A stretch of DNA of 64,000 nucleotides from Zygnema circumcarinatum SAG 698-1b (GCA_037447605.1 CM074819.1:1324297-1388296), one strand, 5' to 3'; counted from the stretch's first letter, positions 1 to 12,154 are shown. Translations and numbers: made by a program. Notes: generated by a model from the letters alone, not told the origin.

Positions 1-1270
1 GGAGGGGGAGGGGCATTGGGGAGGGGGAGGGGCATTGGGGAGGGGGCATTGGGGAGGGGGGTTGGGGAGGGGGCAGTGGGGAGGGGGCACTGGGGAGGGG
101 GAGGGGCATTGGGGAGGAGGAGGGGGCGTGGGAGGGGCATTGGGGAGGGGGAGGGGGCAATGGGTAGGGGGCATTCGGGAGGGGGCAGTGGGGAGGGGGA
201 GGGGCAGTGGGGAGGGGGAGGGGCGTGGGGAGGGGAGGGGGCACTGGGGAGGGGTAGGGGCATTGTGGAGGGAGAGGGGGCATTGGGGAGGGGGCATTGG
301 GGAGGGGGATGGGTCATTGGGGAGGGGGAGGGGCATTGGGGAGGGGGAGGGGCATTGGGGAGCAGTGGGGAGGTGGAAGGGGATAGGAGAGTGGGCATTG
401 GGGAGGGGGAGGGGCATTGGGGAGGGGTAGGGGCATTGGGGAGGGGGAGGGGGCAGTGGGGAGGGTGAGGGGCATTGGGGAGGGGGAGGGGCATTGGGGA
501 GGGTAGCATTGGGGAGTGGGAGGGGGCAGTGGGGAGGGGGAGGGGGCATTGGGGAGGAGGAGGGGGCAGTGGGGAGGAGGGGCACTGGGGAGGGGAGGGG
601 CATTGGGGATGGGTAGGGGGCATTGGGAAGGGGGAGTGGCATTGGGGAGGTGGAGGGGCATTGGGAGGGGGGAGGGGCATTGGGAGGGAGGGGCATTGGG
701 AGGGGGAGGCATTGGGGAGGGAGGGGCATTGGGAGGGGGGCATCTGGGAGGGGGAGGGGGCAGGGGAGGGGGAGGGGGCACTGGGGAGGGGGAGGAGCAT
801 TGGTGAGTGGGAGGGGGAATTGGGGAGAGGGCAGTGGGGAGGGGGAGGGGCATTGGGGAGGGGGGGGTGCATTGGGGAGTGGGAGGGGTCATTGGGGAGG
901 AGGGGCATTGGGAGGGGGCATTGGGGAGGAGGGGGCATTGGGGAGGGGCATTGGGAGGGGGCAGGGGAGGGGAGGGTCATTGGGGAGGTGGAGGGGCATT
1001 GGGAGGGGGCATTGGGAGGGGGAGGGGCATCGGGGAGGGGAAGGGCATTGGGGAGGAGGGGGACTGGGGAGGGGCATTGGGAGGGGAGGCATTGGGGAGG
1101 GTGAGGGGCATTGGGAGGGAGGGGCATTGGGGAGGGGGAGGGGCATTGGGGAGGGGGAGGGGGCATTGGGGAGGGGGGGGCATTGGGGAGGGGGAGGGGG
1201 GAGGGGGTAGTGGGGAGGGGGTAGTGGGGAGGGGGTAGTGGGAGGGGGAGGGGAGGGGAGGGGAGGGGAG
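1..1270. repeat. G-rich minisatellite, ~20-bp unit GGGCATTGGGGAGGGGGAGG
   Basis: Continuous degenerate repeats of gggcatt/gggcagt followed by G4-5 runs; almost no C on the + strand. Confidence 0.95.
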
Positions 1271-1455
1271 GTTACCGCGCCCCCGCATTCTGTCGAAGTC
1301 CAAAACCGAGTACCGATATGATACCAAAAGATCCCTGCATTTTGATACGCGTGCGCAAAACCTGGTCGGTTTTCTGCAGCGCGTATCGTTTCGTATCGTA
1401 TTCCGGCGAAAGGTAAATCCAGAAGTGTGGTTTGTTGTGGTCGCGCCAGGCCATG

Positions 1456-1566
1456 GGTGGATGGATGGATGGATGGATGGATGGATGGATGGATGGATGG
1501 TTGATGGATGGTTGATGGATGGTTCTCGCTCTGGCTGTTGGTGTTGTTGTTGTTGTTGTTGTTGTT
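1456..1566. repeat. (GGAT)n and (GTT)n microsatellites
   Basis: ggatggatggat at ~1456-1522 and gttgttgtt at ~1537-1566. Confidence 0.95.
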
Positions 1567-1653
1567 AAGCGAGAGAGAGCGAGGCGTGGCCGTTACTTCG
1601 CGAAAGAAGGAAGGTCTGAAGTCTGACCCCCCCTATTGTTGTAGCATGTATTA

Positions 1654-1849
1654 GGGGTGGTCAGACATTGACCATGGCCGTACTAAGTTTTATAGTATAC
1701 TAAAAGTCAAAGTTCTGCGTACGAATTCCGGGTCGGGTTCCGCGGCTCCACCGTACTCAGCCACACCGACATGCGTGCATAGCCAATGCTTGATTCGCCC
1801 GACAGGTTTACTAAAGTGATTTGGCCATGGTCAAATGTCTGACCCGCCC
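1654..1849. mobile_element. ~200-bp MITE (family A) with ~26-bp terminal inverted repeats
   Basis: Left GGGGTGGTCAGACATTGACCATGGCC and right GGCCATGGTCAAATGTCTGACCCGCCC. A diverged copy in opposite orientation lies at 23424-24334, and the internal sequences also align. Confidence 0.85.
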
Positions 1850-2903
1850 TGTTGTTGTACTATGTATTGTATTGTCTTCGAAGCGCTGCGTTTGTTTGTT
1901 GATGGGCGGTTCGTCAACTGGTCGGTCTGGTCCGACCGGTTTGGACTGGTCGGTCTTCCAACGGAAGAAATGATGATGAAGAAGAGGAAGAAGAAGAAGA
2001 AGCGTCACTTTGAAATCATCACTCCTGCTAGGCTAGAGTGACACCTACGAATAACTCTGTCGTGTAGCGATTCTGAAAGGACAGAGCGACACGTGGCATC
2101 GTTACGGCGCGCCATGTGTACCGGAAAGCCACCACGTGGCATAAAGTGGTCCCAGGAGGGCGGGGCTGGCGCACGCTGATTGGCCAATCTCAGTGCTTCT
2201 TTAAAGACATTTTGTCGTTAGCGAAAGCGCGCTTGGAGTGTATCTGGACCATGTCCGGTACCAACAATCATAGTTGAATGCGTTATAGAATACGTAATAT
2301 GCATATAGATTTTCATATAATTAACGGCATGTGCATAGTATGGGTTCTTGAACGTACACAGTTCCGTTCCTCGTTTTGACAAGGATAAGGGCACCTCGCG
2401 AGACATTTGGCGGAGGCCGAGGACGTCAAACATTGTCAGATCAGAAAATTCGACGGCGGGCAACGGGCAGCGGGCAGGCGGGCAGCGATCGAAATATTTG
2501 CAGCGGGTAGCCAGCGGTGAACGCATCGAAGCCGTCCGTCAAGCGATACGGAGCAATGTTTGGTGCTTGGGAACATTTTGAGCTGCCCGAACTTGGCGGA
2601 CGAAACGAAACCTGCGCACGTTTTGACGCCCTCGCGAGGGAGCCCTCCGACCGTACGGACGGTCCCGCCCGCGGGCTGCTGACATGGCGCCGAAAAGCGA
2701 TCTCGGCCGCGCGCTGCGTCCGACGTGACATCAGCGACCGCTGCAATGTCGCCACGTGGCGAGAGATCCATTGCGAATCAGCGCGAGTGACTGGGCGGCA
2801 GTTGAAGAGGGAGAGAGGGAGGGAGGGAGGGAAAGAGGGAGAGGGAGAGGGGCAGGGAGGGAGAGAGAGAGCGAGACGCGGCCTTGAGCGCAAAGTGAGG
2901 GAG

Positions 2904-5117
2904 ATGGGGCTGGTCGTTTCTTCGACGGGGCGGATGGGCCTATTGGCGGCCATGGCTGACAGCGCCGCGCTGCTGCTGCAGGAGGCGGGCGGCTTCATCG
3001 CATTCCTCGCCGATGTCGCGCTGCCGCAATTGCTTGGAGGTAGCGTTGTTCCGGGATTAAAATATGTGAGAGTGGAGACTGACCTAATTACCGAGTTGGT
3101 AGAGGAAGAGGGCGAGAGGGAGGGAGAGGGAGAGGTGGAAGGATTGGGAGAGGAAGAGCGAGAGGGCGAGGTACCGGGACCGGGAGAGGAAGAGGTAGAG
3201 GAAGAGGGAGAGGAGTCAGAGGTAGAGGAGGATGGAGAGGAAGAGGGAGAAGTAGATGGATCGGAAGAGGACGAGGTAGAGGATGAGGGAGAAGATGAGG
3301 CAGAGGTAGAGGATGGAGGAGAGGAAGAGGGAGAGGGAGTGGCCGAGGAAGAGCTATATGGCGAGAGAGAGGATGAGGCAGATGTAGAGGAGGAGGGAGA
3401 GATAGAGGGAGAGGTAGAGGGATCGGAAGAAGAACAGGTAGAGGATGAGGGAGAGGATGAGGGAGAGGTAGAGGATGGAGGAGAGGAAGAGGGAGAGGGA
3501 GAGGGACTCGGATTGGGAAGGGAGATGGGTTTGGGAGAGAGGGAGGGATTAGGACAAAGCGAGAGGCTGGCTGAGAGAGAGGCGAATGTGAGTGCGGAGG
3601 AGGAGATTGGTTCGCGTGATGCACGGGCGTGCCTCGGCGGGGTGTATTCCGCCATCTTTGGGGAGGCCAACAGTACGGATTTGGAGATTCTTTCGGCGGA
3701 GGGGCGCTTCTATTTGGGGGGGGGGCTTTACTCCGCTGTATTTGGAGAAGGCCGAGAGGAGCCTTTCTCCCTTCTCCTTCCGCAGTTCGAGTTCTTTCAC
3801 CCCTCGGAGCGATTCGACTTACTGCACAAGTTGGGCGAAGGAGGTTTCGGGAGTGTATGGGCGTGTCACGATCGTGTGACATCGGAGATAGTCGCATGCA
3901 AATGCATGAGGAAAGATGCTTTGCAATGCGTTGCCGATGTGGAGGCGTTGGAGGTGGAGGCGCTCGTTATGTGGCGCCTCCGAGACAATCCTCTCTTCGT
4001 AAAGTTAAGGCAAGCTTTTCAAGATGAGGGTAATATTTATTTTGTCATGGAGTTATGCGAGGGGGGGTCCCTCCTCGATGAAGTCACCGAATGGGGAGGG
4101 TGCTTTCCTGAATGGAAAGCATCTGAAATATTCGGTCAAATTTGCAGTGGCATGGCTGCAATGCATTCGAGAAATCTCTTACACAGAGATTTAAAACTCG
4201 AAAACATCTTAGTGAAGGATAATGGAGAAGGGGGAAAGTCCATCAAGATCGCAGACTTTGGGTTGTCGCTCGGACTCGAGCAAGGAACTGAGGTGTATGG
4301 AGGTGTTTGCGGGACACCTTTGTATATGGCGCCCGAGGTGAGGGGCGATGAGGGTTATGGAATGCCTGCGGACGTTTGGTCCGCGGGCATTCTTCTATAT
4401 CGGATGTTGGGGGGCGGCTTCCCCTCACGGGAAAGGGAACTCTTTTGTGAGCCGCAGTGGGCAAATGTATCAACCCACGCTATGTCTTTAATTTCTCGAA
4501 TGTTGGTGACCAAGGAGGAAAGGCCAACATTCGAAAGTATGTTAAATGATCGATGGCTTAATGGTTGGTTGAGGGAGGAGGACACGATTGCTTGGGTGGG
4601 AGGAGAAGACGAGGAGACCGAAGAGGCGGCAGAAATGGATCGTACGGAGGCGATAAGAGTGGCGGGAAGGAAGCGAACGGGATTCGACGATGTAGTCACG
4701 GAGAGAGCGAAGAAGCGAATGAAGGGAGGAAGAGGAGGCAAAGGGGAGAAGAGGCGAGTTAGAGAGCAAGGGAATGTCGGTGAATGGAGGGGAGAGGGAG
4801 AGGCTGCGATTCAGCTAGGTGGAGATAGAAAGAGAAAGAAATTGAAGTGGAGGGAGGAGGGAGAGGGAAGGAGAGAGAGGAAGGATGAGGAAGAAGAGGG
4901 AATGAGAGGGAAGAGGGAGCATGAGCATGCTCTGCGGGCAGAGACTGAGTGCGGCTTTTTCGTCTACATTTTGTACTTCGTCTTCTTTTTCGTGTTCTTT
5001 TGGAAGAATGTGTTGGAGTGGGCAGAGGATGCTCTCGCCACGCCCGTGTTTGCTGCCGCGCCAAGGAGGGAGAGGTTGGGGGAGAAGGGGCAAAAAGGTG
5101 GGCCAAGTCTATTCTGA
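2904..5117 (+). CDS. Intronless Ser/Thr protein kinase (CAMK/CDPK-like domain, no EF-hands) with acidic repetitive N-terminal region
   Basis: Kinase motifs are intact in one ORF (~3813-4560): LGEGGFG, VACK, HRDLKLEN, KIADFG, GTPLYMAPE, DVWSAG. Likely start is ATG 2904 (MGLVVSS). The 3' end is uncertain. Confidence 0.85.
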   Translation: MGLVVSSTGRMGLLAAMADSAALLLQEAGGFIAFLADVALPQLLGGSVVPGLKYVRVETDLITELVEEEGEREGEGEVEGLGEEEREGEVPGPGEEEVEEEGEESEVEEDGEEEGEVDGSEEDEVEDEGEDEAEVEDGGEEEGEGVAEEELYGEREDEADVEEEGEIEGEVEGSEEEQVEDEGEDEGEVEDGGEEEGEGEGLGLGREMGLGEREGLGQSERLAEREANVSAEEEIGSRDARACLGGVYSAIFGEANSTDLEILSAEGRFYLGGGLYSAVFGEGREEPFSLLLPQFEFFHPSERFDLLHKLGEGGFGSVWACHDRVTSEIVACKCMRKDALQCVADVEALEVEALVMWRLRDNPLFVKLRQAFQDEGNIYFVMELCEGGSLLDEVTEWGGCFPEWKASEIFGQICSGMAAMHSRNLLHRDLKLENILVKDNGEGGKSIKIADFGLSLGLEQGTEVYGGVCGTPLYMAPEVRGDEGYGMPADVWSAGILLYRMLGGGFPSRERELFCEPQWANVSTHAMSLISRMLVTKEERPTFESMLNDRWLNGWLREEDTIAWVGGEDEETEEAAEMDRTEAIRVAGRKRTGFDDVVTERAKKRMKGGRGGKGEKRRVREQGNVGEWRGEGEAAIQLGGDRKRKKLKWREEGEGRRERKDEEEEGMRGKREHEHALRAETECGFFVYILYFVFFFVFFWKNVLEWAEDALATPVFAAAPRRERLGEKGQKGGPSLF

Positions 5118-5689
5118 GTTATGTTAAGTTAAAGTGTTTTTAACTGCCGCTTCCAATTCGGGGAAGAAGGCGATCAATGAAGTGGATTGCAACTTTACTT
5201 TATTTCATTCATTTCAACTTCGTCGTTCCATTCGGCGAGGAAAGAAGGAGACTGTGAAAGGCAGCCATCCGGTTGCTTGAAGTCACCATCCCAAGCATGG
5301 GAAGAAAATGCCAGAATTTGGCATAAAATAACTTCAATGGCTCATTTGAGGTGATAGCGAAGGCTTAGCTTTCGTTTTTCTATTCTCGAGCAGCAGTTTG
5401 TTGTAGATGAACGTAGAAAATTGGCCTTTTATTATTTTTCAACTTCCACTGCTTTGGCAGTCATTTTGTTTTCAGCAAAACTGCAGACTCTGAAATTTCT
5501 GATATGACTTTTTTTCAACTATATGTGATCTTCTGAAAATGCAAATTCTGCGATGCGTGTTTTTTCTTTGCTCATTTTCTTCTTTTGTGTAGATGGACAT
5601 GCTCTGCTGAATTTATTTTACTTTATTTTGTTCTGTTTTGTCGCGGCAGAGCGCATGAGTGCGCACTTTGTGAGACTAGTCAGAAGATT

Positions 5690-6810
5690 TAGGGGTCAGG
5701 CTAGGCTTAGGGTCTAGGGTGTAGGGTGCAGGGTCTAGGGTCTAGGCTCTAAGGTCTAAGGTCTAGGGTGTAGGGTTTACAAGTCAGGGTTCAAGGATTA
5801 GGGATTGGGATGAGGGGTTTGCGGACTTTGGGCTCAGGCTTTAGGGTTAAGGACTCAGGGTTCAGGGACCGGGGTTCAGGGTTTTGGTTGCAGGGTTTAG
5901 TGTGAAGGGTTCAGGGTTTGTAGGACTTAGGGTTCAGGGTTCCTGGTGTACGATTTGGGGTGTGGGATTCAGCGTTCAGTTGTCCTCAGGGTTCAAGGAC
6001 TAGAGATTAGAGATTAGGGTGTAAGGTTTATAATTTTGTGGGTTCAGAGTGTAGGGTTAAAGGGGGGTAGGGTTTTGGGGGGTTCAGGTTTTAGGTTTTA
6101 AAAAGCGTTCAGGCTTCAGGGTTGAGGGTTCAAGGTTCAGAGTTCAGGGTTCAGTGTTCAGGGTTTAGAAGTCAGGGTTCAGGGTTCAGGTTCTAGGATT
6201 AAGGTTCAGTGTTGAGGGGGGCTGAGAATTGAGGGTTGAAGTTTTAGGATTTGGTTAGGGTTTAGGATTCAAGGGTTAGAGTTCAAGGGGCTAGGGCTCA
6301 GGGTCCAGAATTTGGAGTTCAGGGTAGGGTTTTAGGTGTAGGGGTCAGGGTTCAGGTTTCAAGAGGTCAGGGTTTAGGGTTTAGGGTTAAGGTTCAGGGT
6401 TTCTGGGAGTTCAAGGTCTCTTTTAGGCTTAAGGGTTCATGGTTTTATGGTTCATGGTTTTTGGGTTCAGTGTTGAGGGGGGCTGAGGGTTGAGGGTTGA
6501 AGTTTTAGGGTTTGGTTAGGGTTTGGGATTCAAGGGTTAGAGTTCAAGGGGCTAGGGCTCAGGGTCCAGGGTTTGGGGTTCAGGGTAGGCTTTTAGGTGT
6601 AGGGGTTAGGGTTCAGGTTTCAAGAGATCAGGGTTTAGGGTTAAGGTTCAGGGTTTCTGGGAGTTTAAGGTCTCTTTTAGGGTTAAGCGTTCATGGTTTT
6701 ATGGTTCTTGGTTTTAGGGTTCAGGGTTTAGGGTTTAGGGTTCAGGGGGTTGAGGGTTGAGCTTTCAGGATTTAGGCTTTAGAGTACAGTTAAGGTCTCT
6801 CAGGGTTTGG
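5690..6810 (+). repeat. Interstitial degenerate telomere-like array (TTTAGGG/TTCAGGG variants)
   Basis: Many tttaggg/ttcaggg/tctaggg units, with a ~261-bp tandem duplication starting at 6203 and 6464. Confidence 0.9.
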
Positions 6811-7559
6811 AGGCTGAGGATGTAGCTCGTGGGATTCAGGAAACCCAGACTTAATAAACCCCAGACTTTATGTAACCTTTCTTTAGCAGGGCAAAGGGGT
6901 GTACTTTAGCAAAAAGATTCAGGGTGGTTCTTGGAAGGATGGAACTCGAAAGTTTGAGGCGAGGATATGGATCTTGTTTTTATGCTTCGAAGGCGGAAAT
7001 GTAAGGCGGTGTACGAATCGGAGACAGAAGTTGGACTGAAGGAAGGATTGAAGGACTGTATCTTACTTTTTAGGTTATGCGTTGGTTGACTTTACTTCGT
7101 CTTGGAGGTGTTCAGACTTGCAACAATGGCTGAAGGTTTGTTGGTGCAACTTTGAATGGAATGTTGCTGTTGTTAGATCGTGTGGTCCGTATTTGACATT
7201 TGGTCTGAAAGAAAAATGGAAGTGGAGCCCTTAGAAAGAGGGAGGAGGAAAGGTCTGCTGATGATGAAACAGTATTGGAGGTCAATGCGGTGCCAAAACA
7301 ACGTTGTTGAAGTGTGAATGGCTCAGTTCCGACCAAAAAGCCCACGGTACATCGAAAACTCTAAAATGTAAAACCCTTCAGAAACAGCCTGAGGGACAGA
7401 CTGCTGTGCCCTGCCAGTTCATTGGAATCACTCACTGCAGTGCAGGATTAAAGAAGCAGCGATCTTAGAAAAGTGAAACTCTATAGGGAGGTAGCTATGA
7501 CATACTTCCTTTATTGCGTGTTGGGTTGACACTAAGGTTGTGACTTGTGACTTTATCAT

Positions 7560-9720
7560 GATTAAATGCGTCAGAGACATAAATCTTCATCCGGCAAAAC
7601 CCCCTTCACAGCGGCCATGGCTGACCCCAAGCCCTCATCCCCTCCCTTGTAGACTTTAATGGCTACAACAATTTCCATGTCACTGTTCCGTGATTCCCTA
7701 CTGTCTCAATGCGACGAATTGTCTGCAACTGGACTGTTCAAATTTTCTTCCGCACATGTAGCCACAACACAAGCAGACGAAATTTCCACCACGTTTTCTC
7801 CAAGACTTCTCTTGGCAGTCACTTGGGATTCCTGCAGCTCAGAAACCTTCAGAACACGCTCTACCACTACAGCTTTCACATGTGAGAAATCCGTTGACAG
7901 TTTTGTCTCCGTTGCGGCTGCAGGTATTGCAGCTTCGACCACTCCAGTTGCCGGAAGGTTAAGCTGCCTTACAGAATTCTACGTTGGGTTCAAATCTTCC
8001 TTCAAATTCAGATTCGAAGCTGAATCGAATGTCCTCGCCCATGTCCTCAGTCCTATGCTCCTCCGACCTATTTTTTTAACCTTATCTTCTCAACAGATGC
8101 AGGAACAGCTTCAGGTTCAATTATTCCCCTGTCCTCACTGTGCAGGAAATATTCCTTCTGTGAGCTCCGCCCGTGCGCTGAACCCCGCAGAGTGTTCAGA
8201 GCAGGAAAGGGTTCAGAGACGTCCTCAAGCTCCTCAAGCTCTGCGAAGGCGGGAAACGGACAGAACATAGCACGTGAGTATATTGCAAAGGGGGAGGGGG
8301 GAGGGAGGGGGAAGGGAGGAGGGAGGGAGGGGGGAGGGAGGGTGGAGGGAGGAGGGAGGGAGGGGGGAGGGAGGGGGGAGGGAGGGGGAGGAGGGAGGGC
8401 AGAGTTAGAAGGGAAGGGAAGAAGAGGGGAGGGCTTTATGACGGGAGAGACATACAGAAACGAGATGGGCATGGGCATGGATGGAAAGGGAGGGAGGAAA
8501 GGAGGACGACTGGATGGTGCAGCGAGGATGACGTGGGAGAGAGGCAAGGAAGGGCAGCAGAATGAAAGAGAGAGAGAAGGGGAAGATGGCGGCGAGAGAG
8601 AGTGAGAGTGAGAGGGAGACATTACCCATGCTTTGCCATTGTTTGGAGAACATGCCCAGGGACACTCGAGTCAAGTAGGCAGCGTCGTTCCATGCGTACA
8701 GTAACCGTAACATCCAGTAACGCTCTCAGTTCCTTCAGAAGATGTGATAGTGAAACACTGTCCTAACTAACGCAAAACTTCTCGGCATTTTGTTTGATGC
8801 ATTTGATATTGAATTAGCTACGACCGATGGTGTAGCCATAGAACCTCCCACATCAAAACCTGCAATTTTAAGCCCATTCCTCCATTTTCAACATAGGGGA
8901 GGGGGAGGGGAGGGGAGGGGAGGGGAGGGGAGGGGGAGGGGGAGGGGAGGGGGAGCCATCTGAGCTACATCGGCCAAAAGGTAACAGAAAAAAAGAGATC
9001 AGTAGGGTCTAATTTCCAATCGGGCCATTCAAAGTACTAGAAATTGAAAAAAGTCGGAGTGCCCAAAATCAGGGCTTAGGATTTCCGTACCTTTCCGAGA
9101 GTGAAGGGCAGGAGGAGGGAGCGGACTCCCACAAGGCGCCTTCTCTTTCCATCTCTTCACGTGCATCTCCCCTGGTCAAAAAGAGGAGAAACAGGAGATT
9201 ACCGAGAGAGGGAGGAAGGACGGGAGGGGGAGAGACAGAGGGAAAGAGAGAGGGGGGGAGATAGAGAGGCAGTGAGAGAAGGGGAAAGAGAGGGCGGAAG
9301 AGCGGAAGTGGGAGGGGGTGAGAGAGAGAGTGAGAGAGACATTCTATTCATATTTCGATGAACTCTAGCCACAGTATAGAAACTACCAAAATGGGGAAAA
9401 AAATGGAGGAGATGATTGGTGATTCTATCAATAAAAGCTAGCATGAGATAAGACCACGCGAAGGTAAAAAAGAAACGAACTAAAAGAGAGGAATGTTATG
9501 GATGAGAAAAGAATTGAACGAATCTTTGGCCAATGGTCAACCATTGTACCTTCACTTCCCCCTTGAGCCCTTTTTCCGACTGTAGTTGCCGCCCAGCCTC
9601 TCCGCTTCCATTGCTTTGAGCCGATTTTTGTAAGCAGGAGGCTGCTTGGCGTGCTCTATGGCCTGCTTGCAAGAGCCCAAATTATCATTCTGAACTTTCA
9701 AACTTCCTAGATTCCTAGTG
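7560..9720 (-). pseudogene. Possible decayed multi-exon gene of unknown identity
   Basis: Exon-like blocks with AG/GT ends at ~9550-9710, ~8625-8859 and <8240. The first two join in phase, but stops and frameshifts follow and no domain is recognisable. Confidence 0.25.
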
Positions 9721-9913
9721 GAATATTTTCCCCTCTAAGTTCACCCTCTCTAAACTTGGGAATTGGTCCATCCATTCTAACTTGATATCATCACTGACTT
9801 GATAATGGTCTCCTGCCCGCTAACTTTCTCTCCCCTCTAACGTTTCCAATTGGCTTGTTTAGCGTTCGCGTGCGTATCTTACTATTTCTCTCCCTCGCAT
9901 TCTGTCCTCCTCT

Positions 9914-9952
<39 letters not shown>

Positions 9953-11460
9953 ATCGGTTTTGCGTATGTTAAGTTTTTCCTGCAGCTCGCTCACACGACA
10001 GGCAGGGAGCCTGCCAACCAGTTGCAAAATTGCCCCCCCCCCCAAATTCCTTGAGTCTGTCTCCACGAGTTGGACCTGGTCGCCCACAGCAACTCAAACC
10101 AGGAAAACAGAAACAGCTTGGAAAACTGTGCATATCGTAACCAGTCATTTTAGTATTGGAAGGCGGAGAGAAGCAGCAGCACCCCGACAAGAATTGCTCT
10201 CAAATCCTCCTCAGCCTCCCTCTCACCAACCCCACAATGGGTAAGGATATGAGCACTACAATAACAATATGACAACGTGTAAGAATAATTCTTTGTCAAA
10301 AGCATGACATTCTGGGAAGCAGAACTCACCGCTTTGGGTTGATAGTATGTGCGGTAGTACTGAGCAGTGTTATATAAGTACTGGAACAAAAAGGTTAAAA
10401 ACGAAAAGCATGTATGAGAATCAAAAGCATGCATAGCAAAGGCAGCCTCAGAGCCTTCCGTAGAAGAAAAAAGCGGTATCATAGAAACCATGAAGCATGT
10501 ATATACTTTACAGTTTTCCTATGTGTCAATTCATGTTAATCCAACTGTATATGTTCATGTTTAATTTTACATATGCACCAATGTGCACCTGTTCAGGATG
10601 AGCGAGAAAGTAGTCATACTGCTCACGCTTTTCCTAATGGTGCTTGCAGGAATCATCTTACCCTAAATCTTCGTAGCAGTCTTCAGTATCACACCAGATA
10701 GCGGTTGCAGAAACCGCCATGGCTGCAACAACCAGGAGCTACAGCATGCAGGAACTCGGAATCCTATCCATCTTCAAGAATGGCTACTCTCTCTCACTCT
10801 CCCCCCCTCTCTCCCTCTCGCTCTCTCTCTCCCTCTCCCTCCCTCTCTCTCTCTCTCTCCCTCTCCCTCCCTCTCTCTCTCTCTCCCTCCCTCCTAATAG
10901 TTTGCAGCACCCTAATGCTCTGCAGCAAGCTTCATTCAAAAATGTCCAATTATTTGATAAAAGGATTCTGGATGCATCCTTTAGAAAAACTAACAGCTGA
11001 CAGCTCTTCTGTTCAGCAGCCTAATGGTCTGCCGCAAGCTTCAATAGCATCCAGCAAATCCAAATACTGTAGATTCCAGCAAACCCTAACTGCTAGCTGC
11101 AAAAGCGCTCACTGCAACACAGCACTGAGCTCGAAGTGGAAGAAAGCCCGCCATTAGTCACTTGACATTGGTTATCAACTTGGCTGAGAAAACGACTAGT
11201 AAAAATATGACAGAAGCACCCATTCAGACTTTCAACCGTTGGCTTTGAACCATTGCCAATGGTTGGCGATCATTGAATCCAATGGTTCCAACGATTCCGA
11301 GTTGGCTTGTCCGCTTCTCAATGGTTCCAACCATTGGTTCCAATCATTGGTTCCAACCATTGGTTCCATTCATTGGTTCCAACCATCGCCAATGGTTGCC
11401 AACCAATGGACGCATTTCATGGCTGGCAGCTACTACGGTTCTTGGAAATCGCAAAATTTC

Positions 11461-12154
11461 CACAGATCGGACCATTAGACAAACCAGTCGACTGGTTGGC
11501 AACCAGTGGTTGCGGACCGAAACAACCATTCGACTGGTTTGGAACCAGTGGATGCCACTGGTTGGCAACCAGTCGAATGGTTGGCAACCAGTGCCGCCGG
11601 ATCGAAACAACCAGTCGACTGGTTGCGAACCAGTGGCGCAGGACTGAAACAACCATTCGACTGGTTCGGAACCAGTGATCCAATGGTTGGCAACCATTGA
11701 ATTTCTGAAATTATGCCTTTTTGCAAAAATGGGTCGTTTGTGTTTTTTGGTTGGTTGCCAACCGTTGACAACTAGTGTTCGGATTCGTACAGCCAAATCG
11801 TACGGTTGTACGGGGATTCTGTACGGCCGAATCGTAGTTGTTTTCTCCGAAACGCCGACGGCATTTTGGTAACTGTAGCGTTCAGTTCGCTACAACTAGT
11901 GATTTAATGGTTGCCAACCATTTGATTTAATGGATATAACCATTCGACTGGTTGCCAACCAGTGGATCCACTGGTAGGCAACCATTCGACTGGTTGCCAA
12001 CCAGTGGTTGCGGACCGAAACAACCATTCGACTGGTTGCCAACCAGTGGATGCCACTGGTTGGCAACCAGTCGACTGATTGCCAACCAGTAGACGTCCAA
12101 CCATTGCCATCCAATGGTTGTCCAATGGTTGCCGATCCACTGGTCCGAACTGTG
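11461..12154. mobile_element. Non-autonomous DNA transposon, 14-bp TIR CACAG(A/T)TCGGACCA, 8-bp TSD (P- or hAT-like)
   Basis: Left CACAGATCGGACCA at 11461, right TGGTCCGAACTGTG ending 12154. Perfect TSD AAAATTTC at 11453-11460 and 12155-12162. Dense palindromic subterminal repeats (aaccagtcgactggtt, tggttggcaacca). Confidence 0.85.

Noticed and set aside
16-1327. Gly/Arg- and Pro-rich ORFs in all six frames
   Set aside because: Products of a G-rich minisatellite with few stop codons.
2441-3897. Ser/Pro-rich antisense ORFs (409 aa, 269 aa)
   Set aside because: Shadows of the GA-rich acidic region of the kinase.
4951-5005. Apparent transmembrane helix FFVYILYFVFFFVFFW at the kinase C-terminus
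   Set aside because: Derives from a T-rich tract that may be UTR or intron read-through; not supportable without transcripts.
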